A stretch of DNA of 64,000 nt from an uncultured virus (IMG/VR IMGVR_UViG_3300049216_000090) (IMGVR_UViG_3300049216_000090), one strand, 5' to 3'; positions 29,030-39,260 are shown, numbered from the stretch's first letter. Translations and numbers: made by a program. The notes: generated from the sequence alone by a model not told the origin.

Positions 29030-29603
29030 AGAGTTCGGACGGCCCATCACCGACTTCATGGACGATGAAGGCAAAGCCGACTTCGCCGAACTGATGCGGG
29101 CCTACGAGGAGAGCGGCAACGACAGCAACCGGGTGTTCACCGCCGCATTCGTCGGCAACGAACACGGTCCCCACGGCATCCACACCCTCAGCGTCCAACG
29201 GGGCAAACCAGAAGGAACCATCTGGCCCGGCGGTCAAAGCTGCGGCGACAGCCTCGAAGAACAGTACAACAGCCTGCGGGAGTTCATGCTGAAACCTGAC
29301 CAGTTCAGCAACCACCAGCCCGAAGACATCGGGCCAATCGAACAGGCGTGGTTCGTGCTGTGCGACGACTGCACCGCCCTCGACCCGCCCATGCAGTACA
29401 CCACCCCGGAAGAAGCCTGGAAGGGCGAACTCACCGACGAGTGGAACGCCCTGATGAACAAGAGCCACGATCCCCACTTCTACGCCCCCATCTGGGCGAG
29501 AAGGAAGATCACCTTCCAACAACTCGTTGAGAAGGTCAAGAACATGGTCGTCGCCCCGCCCAATCCAAACGCCAAATACCACTGGTACGACCGGACGGAC
29601 TGA
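28998..29603 (+). CDS. hypothetical protein
   Basis: AGGA RBS. Confidence 0.7.
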   Translation: MPEVNDPDGYEEFGRPITDFMDDEGKADFAELMRAYEESGNDSNRVFTAAFVGNEHGPHGIHTLSVQRGKPEGTIWPGGQSCGDSLEEQYNSLREFMLKPDQFSNHQPEDIGPIEQAWFVLCDDCTALDPPMQYTTPEEAWKGELTDEWNALMNKSHDPHFYAPIWARRKITFQQLVEKVKNMVVAPPNPNAKYHWYDRTD

Positions 29604-29947
29604 TGGCAAAGAAGAAAGCCAAAGAAAGACGCAAGGAACGGCGGCAACAACAAGCAATCGACCTGACCGAATCCTTCAAGCCGTTCCGACAAGAGTACAA
29701 CGAGATTTTAGAGGGATTTCGACAGGGGATCAAATACTCCCTCTACGGCGGCGACCCGCTGCCCGACGGAATGGAACGAGAAAGCCCCAGCGAATACGTC
29801 GCAAAAGCCTTCAAGCTAGGCCGCAAGATGAAAAAGGCCGGTTGGCCCAATCACCGAGTCTTCATCCCGTTCTACCTCCACAATGCCTGGAACGACGGGT
29901 GGGAAAGTCTCAAACGGAAACCATACAGGACAATAGATGATCCCTGA
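29603..29947 (+). CDS. hypothetical protein
   Basis: TGATG coupling. Confidence 0.65.
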   Translation: MAKKKAKERRKERRQQQAIDLTESFKPFRQEYNEILEGFRQGIKYSLYGGDPLPDGMERESPSEYVAKAFKLGRKMKKAGWPNHRVFIPFYLHNAWNDGWESLKRKPYRTIDDP

Positions 29948-30143
29948 CCTCTCCCCGTGGCTCAACAACGACCCAGCCGCACAAGAAGACAAAGGATGGG
30001 AAGACGGCTACCGAGACGGACTCAAAGGCGGCGGCAGAGACGGAGACGCCGACACGCCCTACATGCGGGGCTACCGACAGGGATACCACGTCGGCGAACT
30101 GGAACGCCAAGAGACTTTACAACGCCCCAAAAACGGGGTATGA
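29937..30143 (+). CDS. hypothetical protein (GYxxG repeats)
   Basis: GWEDGYRDG, YMRGYRQGY. Confidence 0.55.
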   Translation: MIPDLSPWLNNDPAAQEDKGWEDGYRDGLKGGGRDGDADTPYMRGYRQGYHVGELERQETLQRPKNGV

Positions 30144-30144
30144 T
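30116..30144 (+). promoter_or_regulatory. sigma70-type promoter (TTTACA family)
   Basis: TTTACA-N17-TATGAT; spacer resembles that at 17966. Confidence 0.7.
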
Positions 30145-30168
30145 CTGCCTACCAAACAGGAGATCGTC

Positions 30169-30375
30169 GTGAACGAAGAACAGATCAAGGCGCTCGTCGA
30201 ACTCTGCAACAAGCCCGACCCCAGCAAGTTCACCATGATGGGACTCGTCGGCCCCATCATGGAACACCTACAAGGCGACGGCGACGTGCCCGACGGCATC
30301 CTCGACCTGTTCCCCCCAGACGCCCGCCGCACCATGCTCATGCTGTTCTGTGCCATGATGCTCAACCCGGAGTGA
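30169..30375 (+). CDS. hypothetical protein
   Basis: AGGAG RBS, GTG start. Confidence 0.65.
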   Translation: MNEEQIKALVELCNKPDPSKFTMMGLVGPIMEHLQGDGDVPDGILDLFPPDARRTMLMLFCAMMLNPE

Positions 30376-30379
30376 GTCA

Positions 30380-30751
30380 GTGAGAGAACTCAGCTTCCAA
30401 ATGCTCGAAGCCGATGGCTACACCATCGGCTTCAGCGAAGGCATTTTCAAGATGGTCAGCCTCCTCGACAAGCCCATCCACCACGACCCGCACGAGGCCA
30501 TCAAAGCCATCGTCAAGAAGGGCCGCAAAGACTTCGACCTGAAGTTCGTGCCGTCGGAAAATCCTTTCGTCGAAGCCATCCAACACAACAACATCTTCAA
30601 AGTCACCATCGGCAACGTCAACATCGTGTTCACCGCCGCACACTACCAGGAGAAAGACACCGTGTTCGTCTTCCTCTGGGAAGAACTCGACGCCCAAATC
30701 CCAGACGGACAGAACAAACTCAAAACGAAATGGTACAACTTGCCCCGGTAA
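30380..30751 (+). CDS. hypothetical protein
   Basis: GGAG RBS. Confidence 0.65.
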   Translation: MRELSFQMLEADGYTIGFSEGIFKMVSLLDKPIHHDPHEAIKAIVKKGRKDFDLKFVPSENPFVEAIQHNNIFKVTIGNVNIVFTAAHYQEKDTVFVFLWEELDAQIPDGQNKLKTKWYNLPR

Positions 30752-31451
30752 ACAACAACGGACGGCGAATCGCCCACCACGACCCGACACGCATCGCCCC
30801 AGGGAAGCAATCGAACATCTCAGCCGATGCCGAACCAACAAGTAACACCCCGCCCGGCCTCAATACCCAATACCACGAAAGGGCAAAGGCCGGGACCACC
30901 ACCAAATCCATACTCTCGTCCGCTATCCTGTCCCCGAACCGATAAACGCCCCCACGAAGACCCATTCGCCGAAACGTCTCCAGTAGATCGAAGTATTTGC
31001 CCTTCTCGGCCACGCAATAGATACGCCATCCACGCTCCGACAACCACCCCGCCGTGTTCAAATCGGAAACCACCGCATCACCCGATCCCGACAACGAGCC
31101 GAAGTCGCAATACCCTTTGTAAGAAATACGATACGATTCACCCGGCAAATGATATTCGGGCTTTCTGTACACCCAAAACGGCCCCAGCTTTTCTACATTA
31201 GGTAGAGATTCGCACGGCACAGGCATTGCAAGAAAACCACCCGGAGCTACACGAGCCTGCCAGTCTACAACGTCCCGCTCGGCGTAGGCGAAGAACAAAG
31301 ACTCGACCGGAAACAACGAGAACGGGTAATCGCCAACAATACAGGTGATCTTTCGGTCGTCTGGCAGCGAAACAGAAGAAATGTACTTGCCCGAAGGCTC
31401 GAAGAAGACGCTTTCGTGCGGAGCTAGGTCTACAATAGAAGAAAGGATCAT
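30720..31451 (-). CDS. degenerate methyltransferase-like protein
   Basis: Two class I MTase-like end motifs (RVAPGGFLA, VLRPGGVLLV). Confidence 0.45.
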   Translation of the reverse strand: MILSSIVDLAPHESVFFEPSGKYISSVSLPDDRKITCIVGDYPFSLFPVESLFFAYAERDVVDWQARVAPGGFLAMPVPCESLPNVEKLGPFWVYRKPEYHLPGESYRISYKGYCDFGSLSGSGDAVVSDLNTAGWLSERGWRIYCVAEKGKYFDLLETFRRMGLRGGVYRFGDRIADESMDLVVVPAFALSWYWVLRPGGVLLVGSASAEMFDCFPGAMRVGSWWAIRRPLLFTGASCTISF

Positions 31452-31454
31452 GTT

Positions 31455-32417
31455 ATGCCTAAGTTAAATCTCGATTCGCCAACCTCCGTCACGTCCGGGC
31501 CGGATACCAACACCTACGACTACATCAACCAGACCAAAGACAGCATCGCCGTGCGCATCTCGGCCACCGGCAACGGCTGGACCTGGGCCGACCCCGACGA
31601 AAACAACGGCGTCCGCATCGTCATCAGCCGCCGAAACGTCTACAGCCAGATCATCGAAGAAGGTTTGTATTGGGACCAGTCCAACCAAGGCGCAGGACAA
31701 TACTTCACCATCGAACCCGACGAACAACTCGTCATGCAAATCCTGCCCGACGAGAAACAACCACAAACCGGACAAGTCGGAGTCTACAACAGCCAAGCCA
31801 CCCGCAAAAGCAGCCAAAAACAACAAGTACAAGCACTCGGCGCAGGTGGGGCGACCAGAACCATCAAAACCGAAACCATACCCGGCGGGGGCGGCGAACC
31901 ACACTTCGTCGGATTCGACAACGTGTTCTTCTCCTACCACGGCAACCCCGGCGAATGGTATCTACTCTGGGACGGCATGAACCTCCGCATCGAAGCCCTG
32001 TTCGACATCGAAGCCGCCGCCGAGAAATACCCCAGCTTCAAAGGCACAACATTCATCACCAAACTCTACATCAAACAAGACGGCAACGAACACCACTTCG
32101 ACGCCTACGACCCGGATTGGAACAACCACCAACTCCCCAACCTCGAAACACAAGGACTCGTCCGGGGACTGCCCCCACAACTCCAACTCATCGAAGGTGA
32201 GGTTCACGGCGTCAAAACTGTACCCTTCCAGGGCCGGGAAATCGTCGTCACACAGATGAACTACAAGAACGAATTCTCCTTCCTCAACCTCGCCTTCAGC
32301 AAGAAGGAAGAAGCACCGCCCATTGACCTGATGAACGCCACCGGCATCCTGGGCCAAACCACCAAGCCGAAAAAACTCAGGCTGCCCAACGATCACTTCT
32401 TCCTGAAGAAGAAGTAA
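31455..32417 (+). CDS. protein with VWD/root-cap-like C-terminal domain
   Basis: GGEPHFVGFD..FSYHG (GDPH-like) and ATGILGQT. Confidence 0.55.
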   Translation: MPKLNLDSPTSVTSGPDTNTYDYINQTKDSIAVRISATGNGWTWADPDENNGVRIVISRRNVYSQIIEEGLYWDQSNQGAGQYFTIEPDEQLVMQILPDEKQPQTGQVGVYNSQATRKSSQKQQVQALGAGGATRTIKTETIPGGGGEPHFVGFDNVFFSYHGNPGEWYLLWDGMNLRIEALFDIEAAAEKYPSFKGTTFITKLYIKQDGNEHHFDAYDPDWNNHQLPNLETQGLVRGLPPQLQLIEGEVHGVKTVPFQGREIVVTQMNYKNEFSFLNLAFSKKEEAPPIDLMNATGILGQTTKPKKLRLPNDHFFLKKK

Positions 32418-33186
32418 CCTGCAAGTAAACTTCGTCCAGCCAATCCTCATGCCCCAAAACCGAACGGAACTGTGTCCGAATGTGTTCCGTCGGTCGCCCC
32501 AACGAGTGCTGGCCGATCAAGTAGTTTTTGTACATCTGCACCACCGTCGAATGATAACCACCTGCACCACCCGACAACGTGAACCGATGAACGTACCGCC
32601 AGAAAGGTAAACTCACCAGATTTCGACCACGGGAATGGTACAAAGCCGCCACATACGACTCCTCCACGCCGAAACCCTGAAACAACGGGTGGAAACCCAG
32701 CCAGGAGTCTCGGCGGGAAACGAACGCCGCCAAACCCATCAGAGGTATCCGCACCGGCTCCGAAGACGGGTAGGCAGAATACACCCCGTACTGCAAACCC
32801 ATCCACTCAGGCGTCCAGTGCGTGCAAACCCGATCCCCCAACAACAACGCCCCGAAATACAAGTCCGAACCCATCGAAGGCAAATACGACAACAAATCCG
32901 AAAGACCGAACATCATCACATGCGAATCCACACACATCACATACTCGGTGGACGCAACCGCAAACACATGGTCCCGTGGCCTCGACGTGCCACGCAAATC
33001 CAACCGGCGGTGATACTCAACCCCCTCATCGGAACAATACTTCTCCGTCTGCTCGCAACCGTAAGAGTCGATCACCACTATCGGACCCGTAAACCCGTTG
33101 TGCCGACGCAACGACTCCACCGTCATGAACACCCCGGAGTAGTCGTTCCACGTCCCCATCCCCACCGTCAACGGCTCAGAACTCAT
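32377..33186 (-). CDS. glycosyltransferase family 2-like protein
   Basis: LTVGMGTWND, IVVIDS, YVMCVDSH, GFGVEE. Confidence 0.7.
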   Translation of the reverse strand: MSSEPLTVGMGTWNDYSGVFMTVESLRRHNGFTGPIVVIDSYGCEQTEKYCSDEGVEYHRRLDLRGTSRPRDHVFAVASTEYVMCVDSHVMMFGLSDLLSYLPSMGSDLYFGALLLGDRVCTHWTPEWMGLQYGVYSAYPSSEPVRIPLMGLAAFVSRRDSWLGFHPLFQGFGVEESYVAALYHSRGRNLVSLPFWRYVHRFTLSGGAGGYHSTVVQMYKNYLIGQHSLGRPTEHIRTQFRSVLGHEDWLDEVYLQVTSSSGRSDRWAA

Positions 33187-33778
33187 ACCCGTACTCCTTT
33201 AATTCCGCCCCGAACATCTGAGACACACGCTCCCGACTCTTCGCCGAATAGTAGTCCCGGTAGTCCGGCCTGCGCCACGAATCGTTCAACACCGGCAACT
33301 TCAACCCCTCAACACCCAGCCGAGAACACACCACCCCGAAATCCGACTCAAGACGCTCGAACCGCCCCACGAAGTCACAGTCCACCGAATACACCAACTG
33401 CCCCAACATCTCAGGAAATATCTCCACAGCCTTCGAGTAGTTCGCCACGAAGTAATCGAACAACGGGAAATGAACACGAAACTCCGAAGAACTCATCAAC
33501 CAGGAGTAATACGACACCATCCGGTCATACGGGTTCCGCACGAAACAAAACTTGAACGCACCGTGGGCAAACTTCCGAGTGCAGTACCGCCGCTCGATCA
33601 TCTCGTGAAGAGTACAGTGCTGTGTGAACACACCGTCGTGCCACCCGTACACCAAATTCGCATCCCACTCCCCGCCCGAAAAGTCGTACCCCAGCCCACT
33701 AGACAACGCCGACTCCATCGACGTGCCGCCCGTCTTCTGAACGTGCAAAAAGATCGCATTGTGATTCCGAAAGATCAT
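33176..33778 (-). CDS. sulfotransferase family 2 protein
   Basis: IFLHVQKTGGTS (5'-PSB), FVRNPYDRMVSYY (3'-PB), DFVGRFERL. Confidence 0.85.
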   Translation of the reverse strand: MIFRNHNAIFLHVQKTGGTSMESALSSGLGYDFSGGEWDANLVYGWHDGVFTQHCTLHEMIERRYCTRKFAHGAFKFCFVRNPYDRMVSYYSWLMSSSEFRVHFPLFDYFVANYSKAVEIFPEMLGQLVYSVDCDFVGRFERLESDFGVVCSRLGVEGLKLPVLNDSWRRPDYRDYYSAKSRERVSQMFGAELKEYGYEF

Positions 33779-33780
33779 GC

Positions 33781-34551
33781 TCAGTCCTTACAGTGAACGT
33801 AACGGCCAACGTATTCGTCCGTCATGTAAGCAAGATAGTTACACAACACACCCTTCGTCGGCCAACCAAAGAAATGACGAACCACCACCCGCTCCGCACC
33901 CAAATAACAAGGCGTCAAGTACGGATGACCACGGTGCAACACCGCCTCCTCACGCAACACACAACACTCCAAATCACCAAACTCATGCACCACAACACCC
34001 AACTCGTAACACGCCGAACCAATCAGCCCACGACCGTAACCCGGTAACTCACCCAAATGATCCACACACCACCGCCCAACATCCCCACAACCCAAACCCA
34101 ACATCATCCCGTCCGATAACACCGGCAACGACCGAACACCCTCACCCAACAACACCGGCCAGTTCCACTCCCACGCCCCAATCATCCCACCAGGAAACAC
34201 CCGACCGTCCAACGGATACATCCCCATCATCCGACCCGACGACAAAAAACGATCCACAACACCATCCAAGGAACCCATCACCACCGTGTCACAGTCCAAA
34301 TACAACAACAAGGAATCCCCAACGTCACGCAACATCTCACACCGAGTCCTCAACAACGCCCGCTCACCACCCGGTATGCGCACCACCACACAACCCGCAG
34401 GCAACGCCGCCAAGAAGTTCTGCGAACAACCCAAGACATACACCCGCAAATCCCACCCAACATTATACCGCAAAAAAGAATACATCGACACCAAACACGA
34501 ACACTGGTGCAACATCGAATGGTCCACCACCCAACACACAACTTTCTTCAT
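33781..34551 (-). CDS. glycosyltransferase family 8-like protein
   Basis: VSMYSFLRYN, LYLDCDTVV (DxD), VRHFFG. Confidence 0.6.
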   Translation of the reverse strand: MKKVVCWVVDHSMLHQCSCLVSMYSFLRYNVGWDLRVYVLGCSQNFLAALPAGCVVVRIPGGERALLRTRCEMLRDVGDSLLLYLDCDTVVMGSLDGVVDRFLSSGRMMGMYPLDGRVFPGGMIGAWEWNWPVLLGEGVRSLPVLSDGMMLGLGCGDVGRWCVDHLGELPGYGRGLIGSACYELGVVVHEFGDLECCVLREEAVLHRGHPYLTPCYLGAERVVVRHFFGWPTKGVLCNYLAYMTDEYVGRYVHCKD

Positions 34552-34584
34552 GCTTTCCCCCATAATCTCACCATATATACCCCC

Positions 34585-35115
34585 ATGAGAAAACAAATAC
34601 TAGCCCTCGCCACCCTGGTCGTCCTCACCGGCTGTAATCACAACCAGCCCCAGCCGCACTACACCCCCATCGACTGGAACAACCCAGCCGACCCGCCACC
34701 CAACAAACAACAACCAGTAACACCAGCCCCAACCCCAGCAGCACCACAAGAAAACTCCGTAAACCAACAACTCCTCAGCCTCCACAACCACGAAAGAGAA
34801 CTGAAAGGACGACCCGGCCTCGAAATCGACCAGAAACTCAACCAGTACGCACAAGAACACGCCAACTGGATGGCACAACACAACAACCTGCAACACTCCG
34901 ACATCAACAACATCTTCAAACTCGACATCCCGGTCATGACAGCCGGTGAAAATATCGCATGGAACCAACAGGACGCCGCCGAAGTCGTCAACGCCTGGAT
35001 GCACAGTACCGGGCACAGGGACAACATCCTCAACCGCAAGTTCACCAAAGTCGGCTTCGGCGTGGCGTACAATGCCAAAGGAGAGCCGTACTGGTGTACC
35101 TGCTTCGGCGGCTGA
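34585..35115 (+). CDS. CAP/SCP domain lipoprotein
   Basis: Lipobox LTGC; HNHER, AQEHANWMA, AGENIAW, WMHSTGHRDNILN. Confidence 0.9.
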   Translation: MRKQILALATLVVLTGCNHNQPQPHYTPIDWNNPADPPPNKQQPVTPAPTPAAPQENSVNQQLLSLHNHERELKGRPGLEIDQKLNQYAQEHANWMAQHNNLQHSDINNIFKLDIPVMTAGENIAWNQQDAAEVVNAWMHSTGHRDNILNRKFTKVGFGVAYNAKGEPYWCTCFGG

Positions 35116-35121
35116 ATTCCC

Positions 35122-35150
35122 TTTACAACCACACGAAAACGGAGTAAAAT
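35122..35150 (+). promoter_or_regulatory. sigma70-type promoter (TTTACA family)
   Basis: TTTACA-N17-TAAAAT; ATG 35158. Confidence 0.75.
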
Positions 35151-35157
35151 CCCCGCT

Positions 35158-35976
35158 ATGCTCACCGAACTGACCCTAGCCCTGGAAATGCTGCCCGATC
35201 TCCTCGATAAGAGGGAAATCTGGGACAGCCTGATCGTCAACCGCCGCAAACCCACCACCTACCGGGTGTTCACCAAACTCGATAACGGGCTGAGAATCTG
35301 CCTCCACAAGTTCGACCCGTGCCACACCCACGAGGCGTTCAAACACCCGCACCCGTGGCCCGGTGCGTTCGCCATCCTCAAAGGCTCCTACCAGATGTGG
35401 CTCGGTAGCAGCAACCCCGGCGACCCCGAAGCCAAACCCACCGATGTCTCCACCCTCACCCTCACCGAAGGGGCCAAGTACGAAATCGTGATGCCCGGAA
35501 CGTGGCACAACGTCGTCCCCCTGGAACCCACCTACACCGTCATGGTCAACGGGGAACCCTGGGAGAAAGACTTCGTACACCCCAAAGCCCCCACCACGAA
35601 GGGCAAAGACCTCGACAAGATGCCCGAAGCGGAACTCGTTCTGCACCTGAAGAAGTTCAAAGAACTCGTCAAGATCAACAACAACAAACACAAAGAACTC
35701 ACCCGACAGAACAAACACCGGGGCTTCGGCGCAACAGGATACATCAGCCACTACGAAGGACAAGAAACCGAAGGACACTCCTTCCCCTGCTACTTCCCAA
35801 TCGACGATATGTACGACCTGGAAAGTATGCAAGTCCTCAACGATACCTCAAACATCACCGTCTACAGCGACGACGGCGACCCGCTCCTCATCGGGACCGC
35901 AGACGAAAACATCCTCCTCCAGTTCGGGTTCAAAAACCTTCCAATGAAATGGAACAACCCCGATGCTACACCCTAA
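35158..35976 (+). CDS. cupin-fold protein
   Basis: LHKF...HPHPWP...GTWHNV metal-binding pattern. Confidence 0.6.
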   Translation: MLTELTLALEMLPDLLDKREIWDSLIVNRRKPTTYRVFTKLDNGLRICLHKFDPCHTHEAFKHPHPWPGAFAILKGSYQMWLGSSNPGDPEAKPTDVSTLTLTEGAKYEIVMPGTWHNVVPLEPTYTVMVNGEPWEKDFVHPKAPTTKGKDLDKMPEAELVLHLKKFKELVKINNNKHKELTRQNKHRGFGATGYISHYEGQETEGHSFPCYFPIDDMYDLESMQVLNDTSNITVYSDDGDPLLIGTADENILLQFGFKNLPMKWNNPDATP

Positions 35977-36262
35977 CGAAGCACGAGTCCCCGTCTCCAG
36001 CACCGACTTCGCCCACGCCCGACAGAAAATCTTCACCAAAGGCGACAAAGTAACCATCAACTGGCCCGACCGACAAGGTGAAGGCGAAGTCGTCGGGGAA
36101 CCCATAGAGTGGGTAAATCCCAACGGGAAGAAAGTCCGACTCGTTCCCGTACACCAGGACCGACAATTCTGGTCCGGGAACATCAACATCGAAGTCATCC
36201 TCGTCATGGATGTCTTCGTCAATCTGAAGGAAGAAGGCAATGGCACGCAAGAAGGCCAGTGA
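35963..36262 (+). CDS. hypothetical protein
   Basis: ORF in operon. Confidence 0.6.
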   Translation: MLHPNEARVPVSSTDFAHARQKIFTKGDKVTINWPDRQGEGEVVGEPIEWVNPNGKKVRLVPVHQDRQFWSGNINIEVILVMDVFVNLKEEGNGTQEGQ

Positions 36263-36806
36263 ACCCGTCCTCATCGGCAAAGGACACCTGACCTGGAACG
36301 CCGACGAACGACGCACCGACCGCTACGGCTCCGTCCGACTCGCCAACGAAGAAGACAAAGAGCCGCACGACATCCTCATCGACGAACAACACCACGCCCT
36401 CGAAGGCGTCTACGGCAGACTCTTCGCCAAAGTCACCAAGCCCGTGGACTCCCCGCACATGGGCGATATGTTCCGGGGACTGCGACCCACCACCCCCGAC
36501 CTGAACGAAGAAGTCACCTTCGGCGAAGGCTACTTCTTCATCGAACGCAAAGGCGAAGCACCGCCCGAACCCGCCAAACACCAGATGATCGACAAAGAGT
36601 TGATGAAGAACGTCGAGCAAACCTTCAAGAAGGCGGGCGTCAAAGTCACACACGACCCCAAACCCGAACAAGAGCCGATCTACGACATCATCGGCCTCAA
36701 ACCCCACGACGGACGGGAAACCGACTGGCTCGACCCCAAAGCGTTCTACAGGACACACCTGAGCGAAGTCGAACTGTACTTCGTTCCCACCAAAGAACCT
36801 AAATGA
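36240..36806 (+). CDS. hypothetical protein
   Basis: AGGA/AAGG RBS. Confidence 0.7.
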   Translation: MARKKASEPVLIGKGHLTWNADERRTDRYGSVRLANEEDKEPHDILIDEQHHALEGVYGRLFAKVTKPVDSPHMGDMFRGLRPTTPDLNEEVTFGEGYFFIERKGEAPPEPAKHQMIDKELMKNVEQTFKKAGVKVTHDPKPEQEPIYDIIGLKPHDGRETDWLDPKAFYRTHLSEVELYFVPTKEPK

Positions 36807-37039
36807 ACAAGAAACCGTACTGCCCACAAAGCGGATGCGGCAGACCCAACGGGGCCGCACCCGCTTGCCCCGTTACCTGCAAAAGCTGTAACTACGGCAA
36901 ACAACAAGAAAAACCCTACGAACTCACGAACTTCAACAAGTATTGCCCGAAGTGCAACCACTGCCTGTCCTGCGGCAGACTCACCAAGAAGGTCTACCAT
37001 GTCCAACAAGACGCCGCCGACGCCCTACGAACAGCCTAA
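36803..37039 (+). CDS. Cys-rich zinc-finger protein
   Basis: Several CxxC pairs. Confidence 0.6.
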   Translation: MNKKPYCPQSGCGRPNGAAPACPVTCKSCNYGKQQEKPYELTNFNKYCPKCNHCLSCGRLTKKVYHVQQDAADALRTA

Positions 37040-37622
37040 AGCCACCAGAGCGGGCAAACCCGTCGTCAACGGACAAGTCGCCAAAGAAACTACCCCCGAA
37101 ACGCCCTTCCAAGCCCTCCAGTGGCTCACCGGCTGGCCCAAACCCCCAATGGAATGGACCAAGATCACCGACCGCATCCACCGCCTCAAAATCGGCTCCA
37201 TCCGCCTCGAAGTCTTCGCACAAAACACCGAACACTCCACCAAACAAGCGTGGGGCTTCGGACTCTACGGACTCTACGGCGACCTCCACATCGAACCCGC
37301 CGTCAGCTTCGATATGAGAGACGCACAAGAAGCCGCCCTCAAGTGCATCGACTGGATCAATAACAACAAACAAGGCGAACCGCCCTACACCTGCGCCATC
37401 CCCAAACAACCCAAAGAAGAACCCCGACCCAGGCCACGACGACCCGGCATCAACCCGCCAGCACGACCAGGACTCCCACACCTGCGGCTCGGCCCGCCAA
37501 TCGTCGTCGAACTCAACGATGACGAAGACGACGAAATGGAAGACCTCATCGAACAAGAGTTCTACGAGGAATACGAAGATGATGAGTACGAAGATGACGA
37601 AGATGATGAGGAAATCGACTAG
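36999..37622 (+). CDS. hypothetical protein with acidic tail
   Basis: AAGG RBS; D/E-rich C-terminus. Confidence 0.7.
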   Translation: MSNKTPPTPYEQPKATRAGKPVVNGQVAKETTPETPFQALQWLTGWPKPPMEWTKITDRIHRLKIGSIRLEVFAQNTEHSTKQAWGFGLYGLYGDLHIEPAVSFDMRDAQEAALKCIDWINNNKQGEPPYTCAIPKQPKEEPRPRPRRPGINPPARPGLPHLRLGPPIVVELNDDEDDEMEDLIEQEFYEEYEDDEYEDDEDDEEID

Positions 37623-37630
37623 ATAAAGCC

Positions 37631-38518
37631 ATGAAGTTCAAGTCATGGCTCAGTCTCAACGAGGTTGCCGACCTCCCCGAAACACAAAAACTGTCACTCG
37701 TTGACATGGTGGCGTCGTACTTCCGGTCCCACACACTCGGCAAAGGACCGGAACAACTACTCGCCAACGCCGTACACAGCCTCATCACCAAAGATCACGG
37801 CATCGACAAGAAAACTCTGTACCAAGACCCGGCATTCCAACAACAACGGAACCTCTACAGACAAACCCTCGCCGCCGCCGACCAGTACGCCATGAAATAC
37901 GGCTGGTTCCACGCCGACCACAAAATGGGCAACCCGGACGAATACCTCAAAGGCGCTGACTGGCATCAGTGGTACAGAGGAGATAAAAAGAAAGGAACTA
38001 AACAAGACGGCAAAACCTTCAAACGATACATCACAGTACCACCGAACGACATGATTAAGGCGGTTTCCGCCTTCCCCAACCTGCTCCGACACCTGACCCA
38101 AGTTCAGGCCAGCAGCAGCGACCAGGACATGATCGGCGTGAAGATACTCGGCGACCTACTCTCCCAAGCCAACGAGAGAGATAACATCGTCATCCACTTC
38201 TACGACCCGAACATGAAACAAGGCATCGAAGCCGCCATTCAACAGTGGTATCGTGACTCGAAAGTACAAAACATCGACCGGACGCAGTTCCAACGACCCA
38301 ATTGGGGCGTCGATCAGGAAAACGGGGCCGACCGTAATTCCGACTCAATCATGGTCGGGAAACAGTTCATCCGTACCGTCATGGCGAACCAACCGTACAT
38401 CCAACAACAAATAACCGCAGCCGCCACCAACCCCGCAGTCAAAAAACAACTGGCCGACCAACTAACACACATACTCGGACAGATCGCCGCCAACGCATCT
38501 CACCGACAAGGATTCTAA
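37631..38518 (+). CDS. FKxWL-start protein, possible HopA1-like domain
   Basis: MKFKSWLSLNE; KRYITV...VKI...ERDNIVIHF. Confidence 0.65.
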   Translation: MKFKSWLSLNEVADLPETQKLSLVDMVASYFRSHTLGKGPEQLLANAVHSLITKDHGIDKKTLYQDPAFQQQRNLYRQTLAAADQYAMKYGWFHADHKMGNPDEYLKGADWHQWYRGDKKKGTKQDGKTFKRYITVPPNDMIKAVSAFPNLLRHLTQVQASSSDQDMIGVKILGDLLSQANERDNIVIHFYDPNMKQGIEAAIQQWYRDSKVQNIDRTQFQRPNWGVDQENGADRNSDSIMVGKQFIRTVMANQPYIQQQITAAATNPAVKKQLADQLTHILGQIAANASHRQGF

Positions 38519-38521
38519 CCC

Positions 38522-39175
38522 ATGCTCCGCTTGCTCCACGACGGCCTGTACGCCATGATCGTCGAACAAACACCCAGCACCCGCACCGTCATCGTCAACA
38601 AGAAGAAATACAACCTCCCGTTCCCCTACATGGTCTTCGCCCTCAGCACCCAAAAGAACAAAGAAAACGACACGGGCTGCCACTTCTACGCACTCGGCTC
38701 CACCAAACCCGTCAAGAGCCGAGACGACCATGTGTTCTGCCTCCCACTCCCCAATACCTACAACACCGGCGTCATCTGCCTCAACCACGTCATCACCACC
38801 CCCGAATTCACCAACGCAGACGAGTGCGAATGGCATCTGCGCAAATACATCAACCTGTTCTGGAACTCCCCCTACGAAACCGGCGGCGTCTCCACCGGCG
38901 ACAAACGATGGGAATCCACCAAACACTACTGGATCAGCAAAGACTTCAACCCGCACAACATCAAACACTGGAACCTCGGCGGCGGCATCAACCCCGCACC
39001 ACTCAGCGAGTTCTTCCACAAAGCACAACTCCAAGAACCACTCGACCCCAGGTTCACCGACGAAACCATCGGCGACCTCGCCGCCAAAGTCAAAGACCTA
39101 CAATACTGGCGATCCGACGAAGAATGCTGGCTCCTCGCCGAACAAGGCATCGCACGCAACCTTAGCTGCCACTAA
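38522..39175 (+). CDS. prokaryotic E2 family D-like protein (paralog of 1042-1776)
   Basis: LPFPYMVF, LPLPNTYNTGVICL, FWNSPY. Confidence 0.5.
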   Translation: MLRLLHDGLYAMIVEQTPSTRTVIVNKKKYNLPFPYMVFALSTQKNKENDTGCHFYALGSTKPVKSRDDHVFCLPLPNTYNTGVICLNHVITTPEFTNADECEWHLRKYINLFWNSPYETGGVSTGDKRWESTKHYWISKDFNPHNIKHWNLGGGINPAPLSEFFHKAQLQEPLDPRFTDETIGDLAAKVKDLQYWRSDEECWLLAEQGIARNLSCH

Positions 39176-39180
39176 AGCCA

Positions 39181-39260
39181 CGAGCTATAGTCGCAAGCAA
39201 CACACGAGCTATATCCACACGAGCTATATCCTCAAGGATAATGCTCCAGGATATAGCTCC
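39181..39260. repeat. GAGCTATAT direct and inverted repeats
   Basis: CACACGAGCTATATC twice in tandem (39201, 39216), CGAGCTATAG at 39181, inverted GATATAGCTC at 39250. Confidence 0.75.

Noticed and set aside
32635..34565. Plus-strand P/T/H/N-rich ORFs
   Set aside because: Artefacts of the C/A skew; the minus strand encodes recognisable transferases.
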